In this document: piece by piece, positions 52,031-63,098 of the stretch | How positions within the stretch are numbered: the stretch's first letter is position 1 | How the letters are laid out: the number at the start of each line of letters is the position of its first letter | Source of the DNA: Fimbriosthenelais zetlandica | Taxonomy: Eukaryota | Length of the DNA: 64,000 bases | Assembly: GCA_977030845.1 (NCBI GenBank) | Contig: OZ365116.1 | Location: 13,516,001-13,580,000, forward strand | Direction of reading: 5' to 3' | Notes under the pieces: model-generated | The model's input: only the letters and a program-made list of their open reading frames with translations | Database searches by the model: none | Told to the model about the DNA's origin: nothing | Position numbers and translations under genes: made by a program

Positions 52031-52696
52031 GTGAAGTTCACTTGTTTCACCTGGGACCTTTTCGGGAGGTTCTTTGATCATAATAGCCCCTTTTCTCTCA
52101 ATCATCCCAACCCTACACCCCATTTCCTCTACATTTACCCCTGTCAATGCCTCATTGAATCAAGCCCGGGGTTTTAGTCCATTTCCAACCCTTGGTTACG
52201 TCACCCGAGCGTAAGTTCTGCCACTCAAAAGCTCCCGCCAAAACAATAGATCACAGCCTCAAACTCAACCGCGACTGCGCAGTCGGATCCTGCGCCGCCA
52301 CTAGAGCTCCCACCTGGCGGCATATTCAGGCACTTGTTGGGTGATGTATGGGGGTTTACAGATCGGGTTTCTAGGGTTTTGTGGGTTGCTATGGTAACCC
52401 TAATTCAACAGAGCCTTTTGTGGGTATTGTCATTAGTGGGGGGAAAGGGGGCATATTGTTTGAATTGGCTGCTTAAAGGCATTTCCCTTGAAATATGATA
52501 TTTATGCGAGTATTGCTTCATTTTTTTTTTGAATTGTGGAAATTATTGTTGGAGTGGGCTTCTTTAATTTTAAATGCAGGTGCACTTATTCATGATACAC
52601 ATAATTAACAATGATTGGGGAAAAAATAATGAACCTCAAAGTCTGTCTACACCTGGGGTTCTTGGCGACGTTGTGAGATAAAGTTTTTTTTTCTAT

Positions 52697-52745
52697 TATT
52701 CGGGTTTCATTATGATATTCGGGTTTTCATTATAATATTCGGGTT
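52697..52745. repeat. Short ~20-bp tandem repeat (2.5 copies)
   Basis: tattcgggtt(t)tcattat(g/a)a repeated. Confidence 0.85.
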
Positions 52746-53798
52746 GCTCTTTGATATAGTCTTTGAGTATAATATGATAACGTTTTGGCATGCGCACGCA
52801 CACACTCATAGTTCTGACCTCTATATTTGAGGTCAGTGTTTTTGCGAAACAGAACACGGTTAGAAGCAAGCAATGGCCATATATTAAAGCTTTCATCTTG
52901 AGGTTGACCAGGGAATTATAGGCTTGAAGGCATATAACCCAGACTCGAGTAATACTAAAGCCTATACCAGGCCTTGTACACATCAGTCAATCACGGTGTC
53001 TATAGGAGACAGGTCTCTATCCTCCCTATAACCTTCATCGTGTGAGTGGCTTTAATTACTGTCAAACATGTCCAGTTGGTCGACATCACAAAAAAAACCT
53101 TTTGGTCCTTACACCCACTTCACGCACCCCCACCCCTCACCATACCACACATATGGTTCACAATAATACACACAGAAGTAAATCTTAAGTGATCATGGAA
53201 ACTTAAGCGAGCCCCGAAGCCCTACCCTTCCTTTTACCCCTCCACCTTTGCCCCCGGGCTTTTCAATTGTCCACTACTTGGTTTGATTTGTCAAGCATTA
53301 CTTAGTAAAGGCAGGTGCAGTTGCAGAGAAGTAAACTAATACCTTTACACAAAACCCAGGGCCGAGGGCCCTAAAGCAATTTGTTTCACCACTGTATAAT
53401 TGTGGGGCACAAAACGACCCCCCAATTGAATATACGGGATTTTGGAGGAGAAGGGCGCCTCTTTAGACTTCATATGGTACTATTGTGTCCTTGAGACCTC
53501 GGGTGTGCCCCTGTGTGTGTGCCCATGTGTGAGGGGTATTGGCGTGAAACCTACACACGATATGTATCAATTGGAGTTTATACGAGGGATTATTGTCATG
53601 ACAACAATGATTGTTTCCATGAGTAAGGGAGGCCGACATTACTCTACATGGTTTTTGAGGGTAGATGTGATCTGATGCTATTGTACTTTAGGCTTTTGAA
53701 GTATGGACAGGTCAAGGTATGAGCTGCAGAATGAACTGAAGCTCTTACAATAGGGGAATTATTCAGTTACAGATGTATTTTTCGCATGTATTGAATAC

Positions 53799-53940
53799 AA
53801 CAGAAAAGATCTTGGTATTCTATGTCTACCTTGTTAACAAGGTAGACATAGAGATCTTTTCTGTTCTATGAAGATATTTCTGTTCTATTCACTACAATTG
53901 TAGTGAATTGAACAGAAAAGATCTTGGTATTCTGTGTCTA
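53799..53940. repeat. Compound palindrome / fold-back duplication
   Basis: Perfect 34-bp palindrome at 53819-53852 with outer 14-bp arms. 40-bp palindrome with 1 mismatch at 53878-53917. 30-bp direct repeat aacagaaaagatcttggtattct(a/g)tgtcta at 53799 and 53911. Confidence 0.95.
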
Positions 53941-54882
53941 AGCCATAGCTTTTAATGCGTTCTAGGAATGGAATACCTCGCAGTTTTGTACATCCAACAA
54001 TTAAATAGTATTTGTGCTGTTCTGTAGAATTGCAAAAAATATTTAGAATTGAATAATCATTTTTGCTCAGATAATGACAGAACCAATGCGAAATAAAACC
54101 ATGAGCAGATTGCAATCAGGTGACCACAGACCAGTCCTGCGGGGATGGAGTTACCATGGTGATCAATGTGACCAAGATACAGTGGCATATCGCCGGTTAT
54201 ATAATACAAGCTCCGCTACCTTTTATGTGGCGCCACTTCTTTGATGTTTTGTGAGGCCATTGCCTGGCGGCAGTGGCCCTCTTAGTGGAACTAGATTAGA
54301 CCTGACAATGGACTGGGAACCAGAGACAATAGGACATTTGTCCATTTGGATTGGTTAGTGGGAAATGATATGGAATAGAATGGGAAATAATACTGCGCTG
54401 GATGGAAATGTGATGCTATTGTATCATTTGGCTTTGATGGGCGTTGTTTATTAAGGGTGGAGGTGGATGAAGAATGGTTAGAGTGAAGGAAGAATGGGTA
54501 ATTGGTGTTGGGATAATTCTTAATTAACTGCTGTTAACGCTTGTTACATTTCCCTGATAGTTGACATGATTTCTTACATTTTTCTGATGACCCCTGGAGA
54601 TATGTATGGAAGTCAATTTTGAAAATCCTGAAATCAAGAAACTTTTCCATATACTACTATGTTGAATGTACCCTAATTCACTATAAAGCCGCTGCGATTT
54701 TGCTTGATACACTACCGCGACAAAGGTGATATTTGTGTCACAATGTAAAATCCCAGCTTAAGGAAGAAATGCCCTGGACAAATCAGCCATCAGCTTGCAT
54801 ATTTCGCAAAGCAAAGGTAGTGAATATGAAACATTATCTTCGTATTTACGGGAATGTAACGAGATTCATTTTTCTTTTTCAG

Positions 54883-55026
54883 GCCTACCTGGCAGGTCGG
54901 TAGACAGTTGGCAATGATTGGCGATGATATTAACGATCGTTACCAACCACAGTTCAACCAGATGATCAGCATGCTGGCCCTCACTCCTGATACAGCCTAC
55001 GAGGCTTTTGCTGGCGTCGTCAGAAA
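54883..55026 (+). CDS. bak: BAK-like Bcl-2 family protein, BH3 exon (144 nt, phase 2 to phase 2)
   Basis: xPTWQVGRQLAMIGDDINDRYQPQFNQMISMLALTPDTAYEAFAGVVR(K) matches the BAK BH3 QVGRQLAIIGDDINRRY. Flanked by tttctttttcAG and GTAAGT. Confidence 0.95.
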
Positions 55027-56265
55027 GTAAGTATAACTGCAAATCGATAAACTTCCATCACTTAAGGGGGTCCTCGATCCCTTTAAATCTATAATAAATT
55101 GGGGTTAAATCCTTTAATAAACTACACCCCATCTGACTAAATGCTGTATAATTATTGCCTCCTATATAAATTTAATGACTTGCACCATTGACATTGCTTT
55201 GAAGATGCTAACAGAGCATGTCGCTACAACGCTCCAGGCTAATTGCCTCCACTTGTTCCCTATTAAGTTTCAATTTTTAGTCGAGAATGACCCCGAAAAA
55301 CTGTGTCCTTTGGTCTAAAATGAAAACACGGTGAAATTACTCCCTAATTAGCCGTTTTAACCTGAATATTTTATGTATGTGACTTGTGTTTTGTAATTCA
55401 CAAACAATTACAATTGACTCGATTTATTATTTCATATAGTTACTTTTTCTTCAAAAATATGGTGTAATGTCTGATTTTTTCTTACCAAATTTCATGTCTA
55501 ATGATTTGTATCGACGTTAAAGCTTTGATGTAACCATGTCGAATGGGAATTGTTTATTCTTTAATTGTTTAAATTAATTTTTGTCTAGACAACAGAGCAT
55601 TTTTGTTGTTGTGAAGCACATGATTATTATATGACTTTTATTTGTCAGAACATAGAAATTGCCCTTTGTTTGACATAAGACTTTTTCTGATCTAAAAAAG
55701 TGTAATTTTCAAGTTGGAACATTTTTAGTTTCCATTCCGATTGGATATCCCTCAGTCACGGCCTTTGTTCTATAAAGTTAGCTTATGGAGGCTTCATTCA
55801 TGAATAATACATGAGGTGCCAGTATTCACATCTGATGTCAGCACTGCTCTGTGACTGGATCCATGGCCATGCCTGCTCAGAGAAAACATTTGAATGTTAT
55901 TACTAAAGTCTATAATCTTATATTAATATTATTTGTCCGTTAAAAGTATAGCATGTGTCCAACTAGGTTAAATTTAACCCAATCGGTAAATGTTCTAAGG
56001 GGCCTTGCAGATTGAGCCATAATGCTGGCCCCTTACAACAATGATCTAACTGAGTGGCCTCTGCCCAACTGTTAGGCCTTGTTCCAAAGATTCTACTATA
56101 TTAGAAGCTTTGCTTGTTCTTAGGAGAAATTACCAACCCACCTACAATATAAAAAGATTTTAACGGTTCAAAGTTGTACATTGTATTATTAGTTGGCAAT
56201 TTGATTAGTCAATCAATTTCTGAACCTTGTCTTCAATAGTAAATTTTTCTTCTTTTTCGTGACAG

Positions 56266-56449
56266 GTTCTTCCGTGATGGTAACGTGAACTGGGGCCGGA
56301 TCATCACGTTACTGTGTTTCGGTTACAGAATGGCTGTCACGGTTCTCCAACGTGGTATACGTGGCTTCTTCCACAAGATTGTTGGCTTCGTCTGTCGGTT
56401 CATCGTTACAGAAAAAATAGCCAAATGGATCGCCGAGCAAGGCGGATGG
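56266..56449 (+). CDS. bak: BAK-like protein, BH1-BH2 exon (184 nt)
   Basis: FFRDGNVNWGRIITLLCFGYRMAVTVLQRGIRGFFHKIVGFVCRFIVTEKIAKWIAEQGGW contains NWGR (BH1), the BAK-typical FGYR, and WI..QGGW (BH2). Canonical AG and GTGAGT; in frame with the previous exon. Confidence 0.97.
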
Positions 56450-56699
56450 GTGAGTTACTGTTTCTTGTTGAAAGTTTCTGGATTTCCTTGTTTTTGTTGG
56501 TATCTTTTGAAGCTCTTTTATATGTGATATTTATTTTTGTCCTTCATGACAAAGCCTGTAATCCTCTGTTTCCCTATTTGATTAGAAATACTTTTTACTT
56601 GGTTCCCTATTTTACTTTTTCCGAATGTAAATAGAAGTAAGCATGCAAGCCCGCATGTGTTTGGTAAAAAGTAAAGGTAGTCATTATTTGTATGAAATA

Positions 56700-57410
56700 T
56701 TCATATTGAAGATTAGATCTTTGACGGACAGCATGCTCACTGGTTACTGAGTCTGTCTGGCTTGTTGGTCCCTGACCAAAATCTGCCATTGTTGCCTTCC
56801 ACTTCTGATAGAATCAGTCATGAAGGCAGATAAGACAACTGCCTTCCTGTCAGAAAGATGGCTTTTGTCAGATGGCATCGCTCACAAATACAAGATAACA
56901 TCATCACGAACTTAAAATAGAAAGACAAGCCCTCCACTATACTTAAAATCCTTGACTTGTGCCATTGATAATGCAGCGGGGAACAAGACCTTCTGTGTTT
57001 GACCTTTGCAAAATCCTGAATGGTCGGCACACGACTGTGCTTTTCCTTTTCACGTAAATCCTTCTGAAATATCAACCTGGACTTGAAGAAAATGACCACT
57101 AGTTTTGCTTGGGTGCGCCAGGTGGTTTGGTCGTGGGGTTTGTCACGCTTCTGGCACAGGTTCAGTTGTGACGGGCGCTATCTGATTTCAGTGTATCAAT
57201 GGAAAGACACAAGAATGGTCAGTGAATGGCTTGCTTTTCTACCCCTGGACAATCACTGTTAGCCACTGGCATCAAATGAACAAATGTTGGAATAAAAATC
57301 CGGCTTTTATGGTCATTTGGGGAGAAAGAAGTGTTGGCGCGGACCCCCCAACGACAAACAAACTCCTGGTCTGTAATTAACGGCTCGAGTAACTCTGAAG
57401 AGTGATTCAT
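56700..57410 (-). mobile_element. Gypsy RNase H/integrase fossil inside the Bak intron
   Basis: In order on the minus strand: FSPNDHKSRIF (cf. TDHKPL..IF), H..H...FY...C.RC...K (H2C2-like), MADFGQGP (cf. MDF.GP). Confidence 0.45.
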
Positions 57411-58724
57411 GACTTTTTATTCATTTGATTCTTCTTTAATGTTCATTTATCCATTGGTTTTATTCCCTTCTGTTAATTAATTAATCCTGTTAAGAAAAGT
57501 TCTGAAGGGTTGGTGTTTGGAGCATGAAAGAGTTTCCAATGACATTAATTTTTCTTCAAAATAAATACTTGAAAGTCCAGGAAAACATGAACAAGTGACA
57601 AAACATTATTCTGAATCGGGCAAAGGGATTATTGAAAAGGGCAAATCTGTAGGGAAGCAACAATGAAGAAACTGTATTATCACCATTACCATTACAATAA
57701 ATTCTGACATTGTGCCCAAAGTAAATAGGTGTATTAGGGCTTTGGGAAAATCAGGGTGAATGAATATTGAAAGGACCCCTAGTCAGGAGAGTTAATGTCA
57801 TAATTGTTTAGGGCAAACCTGTCCCTTGTAAATCTTCCCCCTCCTGCTTTATGTCGAAACTTCATGGCCAATTTGTTTCGGCCTCCCTGAAAAGCCTCAT
57901 GGTCATTGTGTCCAACGTTCTGCAGCAGCCAGTGAATCAGCATTGACCATGCCATATTGTGAGCGAGGGCCATCTGAGACATCTGACCACAAACGTATGG
58001 TCAGCCAACATAAATCTACCCTCACTGACCAGTACCTGTCCTTGTAGGGGCACCTGTGAAAGTTTTACGACCTTCACTAATTAACTTATCACATAGTTAT
58101 TGAGGTTAACAAACCAGCTTGTCATGGACAGAGGTTCTTTATGGTTGACAGTTGTAACCCCAGCCAGGGGGTTGACAGTGTCAGTGACACATGCTCCCTT
58201 CTGATTCTTCATCAGATCTGCTCGCCTTTTTATGGTTAAACACAATCAGGAAACAACATTAGCTACTCGACCCTTGCCTTTCATTAGATCCTCGCTTAAT
58301 TACAATACGCATTTATGAGTTGCCCGGGAATGGGTCGTAAATATCATTGATGTGTGAATTTGTTGACATTACTGACCTCTTCAGGGCCCAATGGTTCTCA
58401 CTGGAGACAGCATTAGTGAAAGGACAATTGTGGATGTTGTCTTGGGGCTCCATGAATGGAAAAGGGCCATGTCCCTTTAGAATAACCAAGTGCTCATAAA
58501 TCTTTATTCTCTGGCGCGCTGCTAAATGAATAAAGAGGCATTTTGTTAAAGAGGAATTACACCTGGTTTGACTAAATCAGTAAACTTCTTATTGGCATAT
58601 CATGTTTGACAATAGTAGCATATCATATATATGAGTAGCATATCATATTTATTCCGCCTCTACATTTAAAGTTATATTGATTGCATTATTTTAGTGACTA
58701 ACTTTCTCTTCGTTTGCTTTTCAG

Positions 58725-58835
58725 AGAGCGGTTTTAAACTATGTGCCGGAAACTGTGGGTTGGCCAACCATCGGTCTCATCCTGGGGACAGCGGGTATTG
58801 TGGTGATTGCTGCTTACTTCCTCAGTCGTCGGTAG
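58725..58835 (+). CDS. bak: BAK-like protein, last coding exon (transmembrane tail anchor)
   Basis: RAVLNYVPETVGWPTIGLILGTAGIVVIAAYFLSRR*: hydrophobic helix plus basic C-terminus. Branch point CTAAC at 58698, pyrimidine tract and CAG acceptor. Confidence 0.93.
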   Translation, partial: RAVLNYVPETVGWPTIGLILGTAGIVVIAAYFLSRR

Positions 58836-58907
58836 TGCCAACCATGCCTTCTACATCATTCATCATCTGATGCACTTGAAGTTTACTCTGGCAACGCAAC
58901 AACTCTT

Positions 58908-59236
58908 CATACTTCAATATCCGCTGAGATATCTCCATACTTCAATATCCACTGAGATATCTCCATACTTCAATATCCACTGAGATATCTCCATACATGT
59001 ACTTCGGTATCCGCTGAGATATCTCCATACTTCAATATCCGCTGAGATATCTTCATAATTCAATATCCACTGAGATATCTTCATACTTCGATATCCACTG
59101 AGATATCTTCATACTTCAATATCCGCTGAGATATCTCCATACTTCAATATCCGCTGAGATATCTCCATACTTCAATATCCGCTGAGATATCTCCATACTT
59201 CAATATCCGCTGAGATATCTCCATACTTCGATATCT
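58908..59236. repeat. 28-bp minisatellite, 11 units plus a partial unit, in the presumed Bak 3' UTR
   Basis: Unit catacttcaatatcc(g/a)ctgagatatct(c/t); unit 4 carries a 6-nt insertion creating TACATGTA. Confidence 0.97.
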
Positions 59237-61448
59237 TCCCTAAAAGCCACTGTCTCATCATGAGCATATGAACAAGCATCATCAATACACTTTCACAAAA
59301 AAACATGATTTCCCTTGGAATTTATGGGAACTATAATCTTTTCATTTACATAATATGTATAGATATGAAATATTAAATGATCCAATGCAACATTTGTATA
59401 GATGACGACGTGGGCATCATAAATGGAGTGTAAATGAGAATGAACGATTCTCTTAATGAGACAGATAATACAGTTTACATTTCAACAGATGTTTACATCA
59501 ATATTAAAGCCACTGTACTTATATCAGATATAAGTCTAACTATAGATACACACGCCCGTCGCCGATTCATTTTTATCTCTTGCTGTAATATCGATATTTA
59601 ACATTATTTTCACAAGACGAGTTGTGTTTTGCCAATGTACAGTTACTGTAGTGATCTGGTTAGAAGCCTTTCGAAGGATGAATAGAACAGATTTGTCAGT
59701 GTCTTTAGAAATGGAATTACTTTTTTTTCAAAAACATGTGTCCATATCAGTTTTGTTGTTTCTTTTTATCATGCTGAGGAATCAAGTTTATAGACATGTA
59801 GTCTTAATTATATCTCATCGTGCGATATATTGGGATTTTATACACATGTATATCTAAATATATCTTTAATGACAAAGTGGTAATAATATTTGACTCCTCT
59901 GGAAATGACATATTTTTGATCAAGATTTTGCACTGAACAACTCCGTTGTACGATGTAATTGACCTTAAGAAATGGTCCAAATATTTAATAAAAATTCGAG
60001 TACTTATGAAACAGGAGTTTATGACACATATATGTATGGCAAACACTGAATATTATGTATTTGATATCCAGGTTTTATTTAAATGATTTCTCCTCAGCCC
60101 CGAATTTTGTTGTTAGAGATGCACCTAGATGTACCAGACATCTAGACAAATGTCTGTGACATAATGTACATATTTGTAAAATGACTTTAGTAGAAATATT
60201 TTTATAAATGACGTGTAGTAAACGTGTTACCGTATATTTCCCAATGATTTACTTCAACTAGAAATCCCTGGATTAGAAATATTTCAAAATTTATTTTACC
60301 GATTTTCATAGGGGTGTTTCAGCATGTAAGCGACCCTCTATACCTAGTTTCTGTGTCCAATTCGCTTTTCCCACGATGTCTTCAATTGCATCGAGTGCCT
60401 ATTAACATTGGATATGTGATTCACATGGGGTATTTATAAACAACAACCTAAATAATCATCAGGTTTAGGTACCTTAACTTCTAATGATATACATGTACAT
60501 AATTAAGTGTCTACTAATTCTAGTATAATGATATGAATTGAAAGATGTAATGTTAAATGAGCAATGTGGGAAGAGTGAATTGATTAGGAAATAGTGGCCA
60601 AAATCGTCTTGCCATGGATTTATCTTTGTATTGAATTTTGACAGCAGTTTTATCCATAGCCGTATAGTAAGTTGTAAATACACCAAAATGCTACAGAAGC
60701 CATTTCATAAATATTTCCCAGACGTTGTGACTATTAATCATATTGGAATTATTTTGGAGCATAATAATAGAAAGTAATGTCAATCATTGTCCATAATGAT
60801 GTTAATGGCAGCAAGAAAAAATGCAAAAAAATAGCTAAAATTATCTAAATCGCATGTTCATAATAACAATTGCAAAACTATGCACCAGAGGTTTTGCCGG
60901 TCTGCTTTGTTATAAGGGAATGTATGCTATTGCAAAGTGAAGAAAAGTGTTTTATTTCCGTAGTTCAGTATTCTTGCTGTAGTCTTGCATAATAGTCTGA
61001 CATATTTTTGTCTCATTATGATCACTGCTTCTAGAAAATCCAGACTGTGATGCAACAAGTGGAAGAAAAATATTATACCGAAAAGATGAAAATGCAAAAA
61101 AAGATCAAAAGTAAAATTTAAGACAAAATAGAAATAAAATCCAGCTGGTGTAAAAAAAAATCATAAAATTCCATATCAATTAGAACGTTGATATTGTTGT
61201 GTTTTTTTTAACATGATCAATGATAGAAGAGCAAAGATATTATACCCTTCTCCGACAAGGGTTTAACAAGGATGTCTGAAGCGAAAAAAAACTTAAAATT
61301 TGGCGTGGGGTAGGCCCTGTTGGGGGCGGGGGTTCCCAATTTTGCGAATTTTTAAATATTCACCACTCTTTTGGACATAGCGATGGGGAAAATATTGGTC
61401 TCCTTGGGCTACAGCACTAGGCACATCTAGCTAATTCCCCACTTTCTA

Positions 61449-61560
61449 TAGTAGACGAGTCTGATACCTATAGCTTCCCTATAGACTAGTAGACACGTCT
61501 GATTCCCTATATATTCTCTATTGCAGACGGGTCTGATACCCTATATAGATTCCCTGTAGA
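61449..61560. repeat. Diverged three-copy ~37-bp repeat
   Basis: (tag)tagac..gtctgat(a/t)cc(c)tata...t.cct.tag x3. Confidence 0.75.
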
Positions 61561-61810
61561 TCCCTTATTGTTTAATGGCTTTCAATTATTTTCATCTTGT
61601 TCTCTCCGAAAACACTCTAGAATATATTCAATTTCGTCAGTGCTAATTCAACGGGTGCAAATTTCGAGCCTCATTTATAAAATATTTAGCCACTTTTGGG
61701 CCCCAAACTGCATGTATGATTCTAGATACACTTTTAATCTATTCACATGTTGGGTTTTGACTTAATTGAACTGCGATTTGTTTCAGAAAAGGCTCCCGAG
61801 TGTGCCTTTA

Positions 61811-61888
61811 CTACGACGCCACCCGCGGCAGAAGCGTGAAGCTCACCTTGAGCGTTACTTCCCGTTTTTGCCGTGAGTGGCGTTGTAG
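61811..61888. mobile_element. 78-bp hairpin mini-MITE with TA target-site duplication (Tc1/mariner-like)
   Basis: TA|ctacgacgccacccgcggcagaagcgtgaag...cttcccgtttttgccgtgagtggcgttgtag|TA: 31-bp arms with 6 mismatches. Confidence 0.55.
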
Positions 61889-62109
61889 TATGGTGGATCT
61901 ATCTTTCATGAGTTATTTCTGAGATAAACGGCCTTTCAGTTAAGTCAAAACTCTACAAACGAATAGGTAGAAGATGTATCTACATAGATACATGGTATTT
62001 ACAACCATGAAATGGCTAGATATTAGATAAATTACGACTGAATTTTGCTCGCATTGAGTTAGCATTGATCATTAGTTCCCGTTTTTGTCGGTGTTACTTG
62101 GGGCGCTTC

Positions 62110-62130
62110 ACTTCCGGCGTCAACTTCCGG
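62110..62130 (+). promoter_or_regulatory. Tandem ETS (GABP/ELK-type) sites of a housekeeping-type promoter
   Basis: ACTTCCGG at 62110 and 62123 in a CpG-rich patch just before a strong donor. Confidence 0.7.
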
Positions 62131-62217
62131 TGTGATCTCCTGCCTTGTGTTTTGCTGGTCTCCGCCGAAAAAAACATGTATTTTATCGGTTTCCTGTCAG
62201 TCTCCGGTCTTAATAAG
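62131..62217 (+). other. Probable first (5' UTR) exon of an unidentified downstream gene; start approximate
   Basis: Follows the ETS pair and ends at aag|GTAAGA (62218). Confidence 0.55.
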
Positions 62218-62811
62218 GTAAGATTTTAATGATAAATGTCTGCTGCCGAGGACCACGGTGCATTGTCCGTTTAAAATGTTTTATATCTGTTTATATCTGA
62301 GAAAGTGTAGAATGTTGACCAAGTGGCAAGATGGCCGCATCTGGAATTGACGCCAATGAATGCCGGTGTTGTTGACTGTGACAAACTTGTACATGTGTTT
62401 TATCCTTTGGTCTATTAATTAACTTCAAATAGGACGTTAGCTTGTGACCTTCAAGACATGATCTATGTCTATATGTACAATTTAAAGAATTTAAATCCAT
62501 CACGGAACTTGTAATTCCATCATAAATCATGAGAAATTAGGCCTGTTTTGAACCAAGGCTTGGTAGAGATGTATAAAATCTGTCTAATAAATCATAAGCT
62601 GGTCCCATTGGCATTGTTCCGTAATACATATTAAAATAACTGATACATGATTCATGTCATGAAGATGGTGTCCTCACGACATCATGTCTGGCCCTTTTAT
62701 TCAAATTGAACCATTACAAGGATTATTGCTTGATTTTTTTTTTTTGATTTAATAATCTAAAATGTGGGAATATAATTATATATTTACCGGTATTGTTCTC
62801 TTGCTTTGCAG

Positions 62812-62957
62812 ATTTCATGTTGGCCTCAGTTGTCTTTTCTATCGAACATCAGACGACCGAGTGACACAATACAAAGTCGATCCTGTCAAGATGTCCATGT
62901 CTACCTATCACTTTAGTAGCCAATATTCTCTTCAGCTGTTCCGTCATTCTTAAAATG
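62812..62957 (+). other. Probable second exon ending in the start codon (AAAATG|GTGAGC)
   Basis: Acceptor ttgttctcttgctttgcAG. ATG at 62955-62957 in an AAA context is immediately followed by a strong donor. The rest of the CDS lies beyond the window. Confidence 0.6.
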
Positions 62958-63098
62958 GTGAGCTAAATCATCTTTTTTGCGATTCTTTTTACCATGATCC
63001 TGTAGAAAATTGTAAAAAAAAAAATAAAAAATCATTGAACCGAAAAAATATTGCTATTGTGACTAGGATATTTAATATCGGTTTTATTTAATTTCAAA

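Noticed and set aside
58908-59236. CRISPR-like array (28-bp repeats)
   Set aside because: Units are head-to-tail with no unique spacers, there are no cas genes, and the context is eukaryotic.
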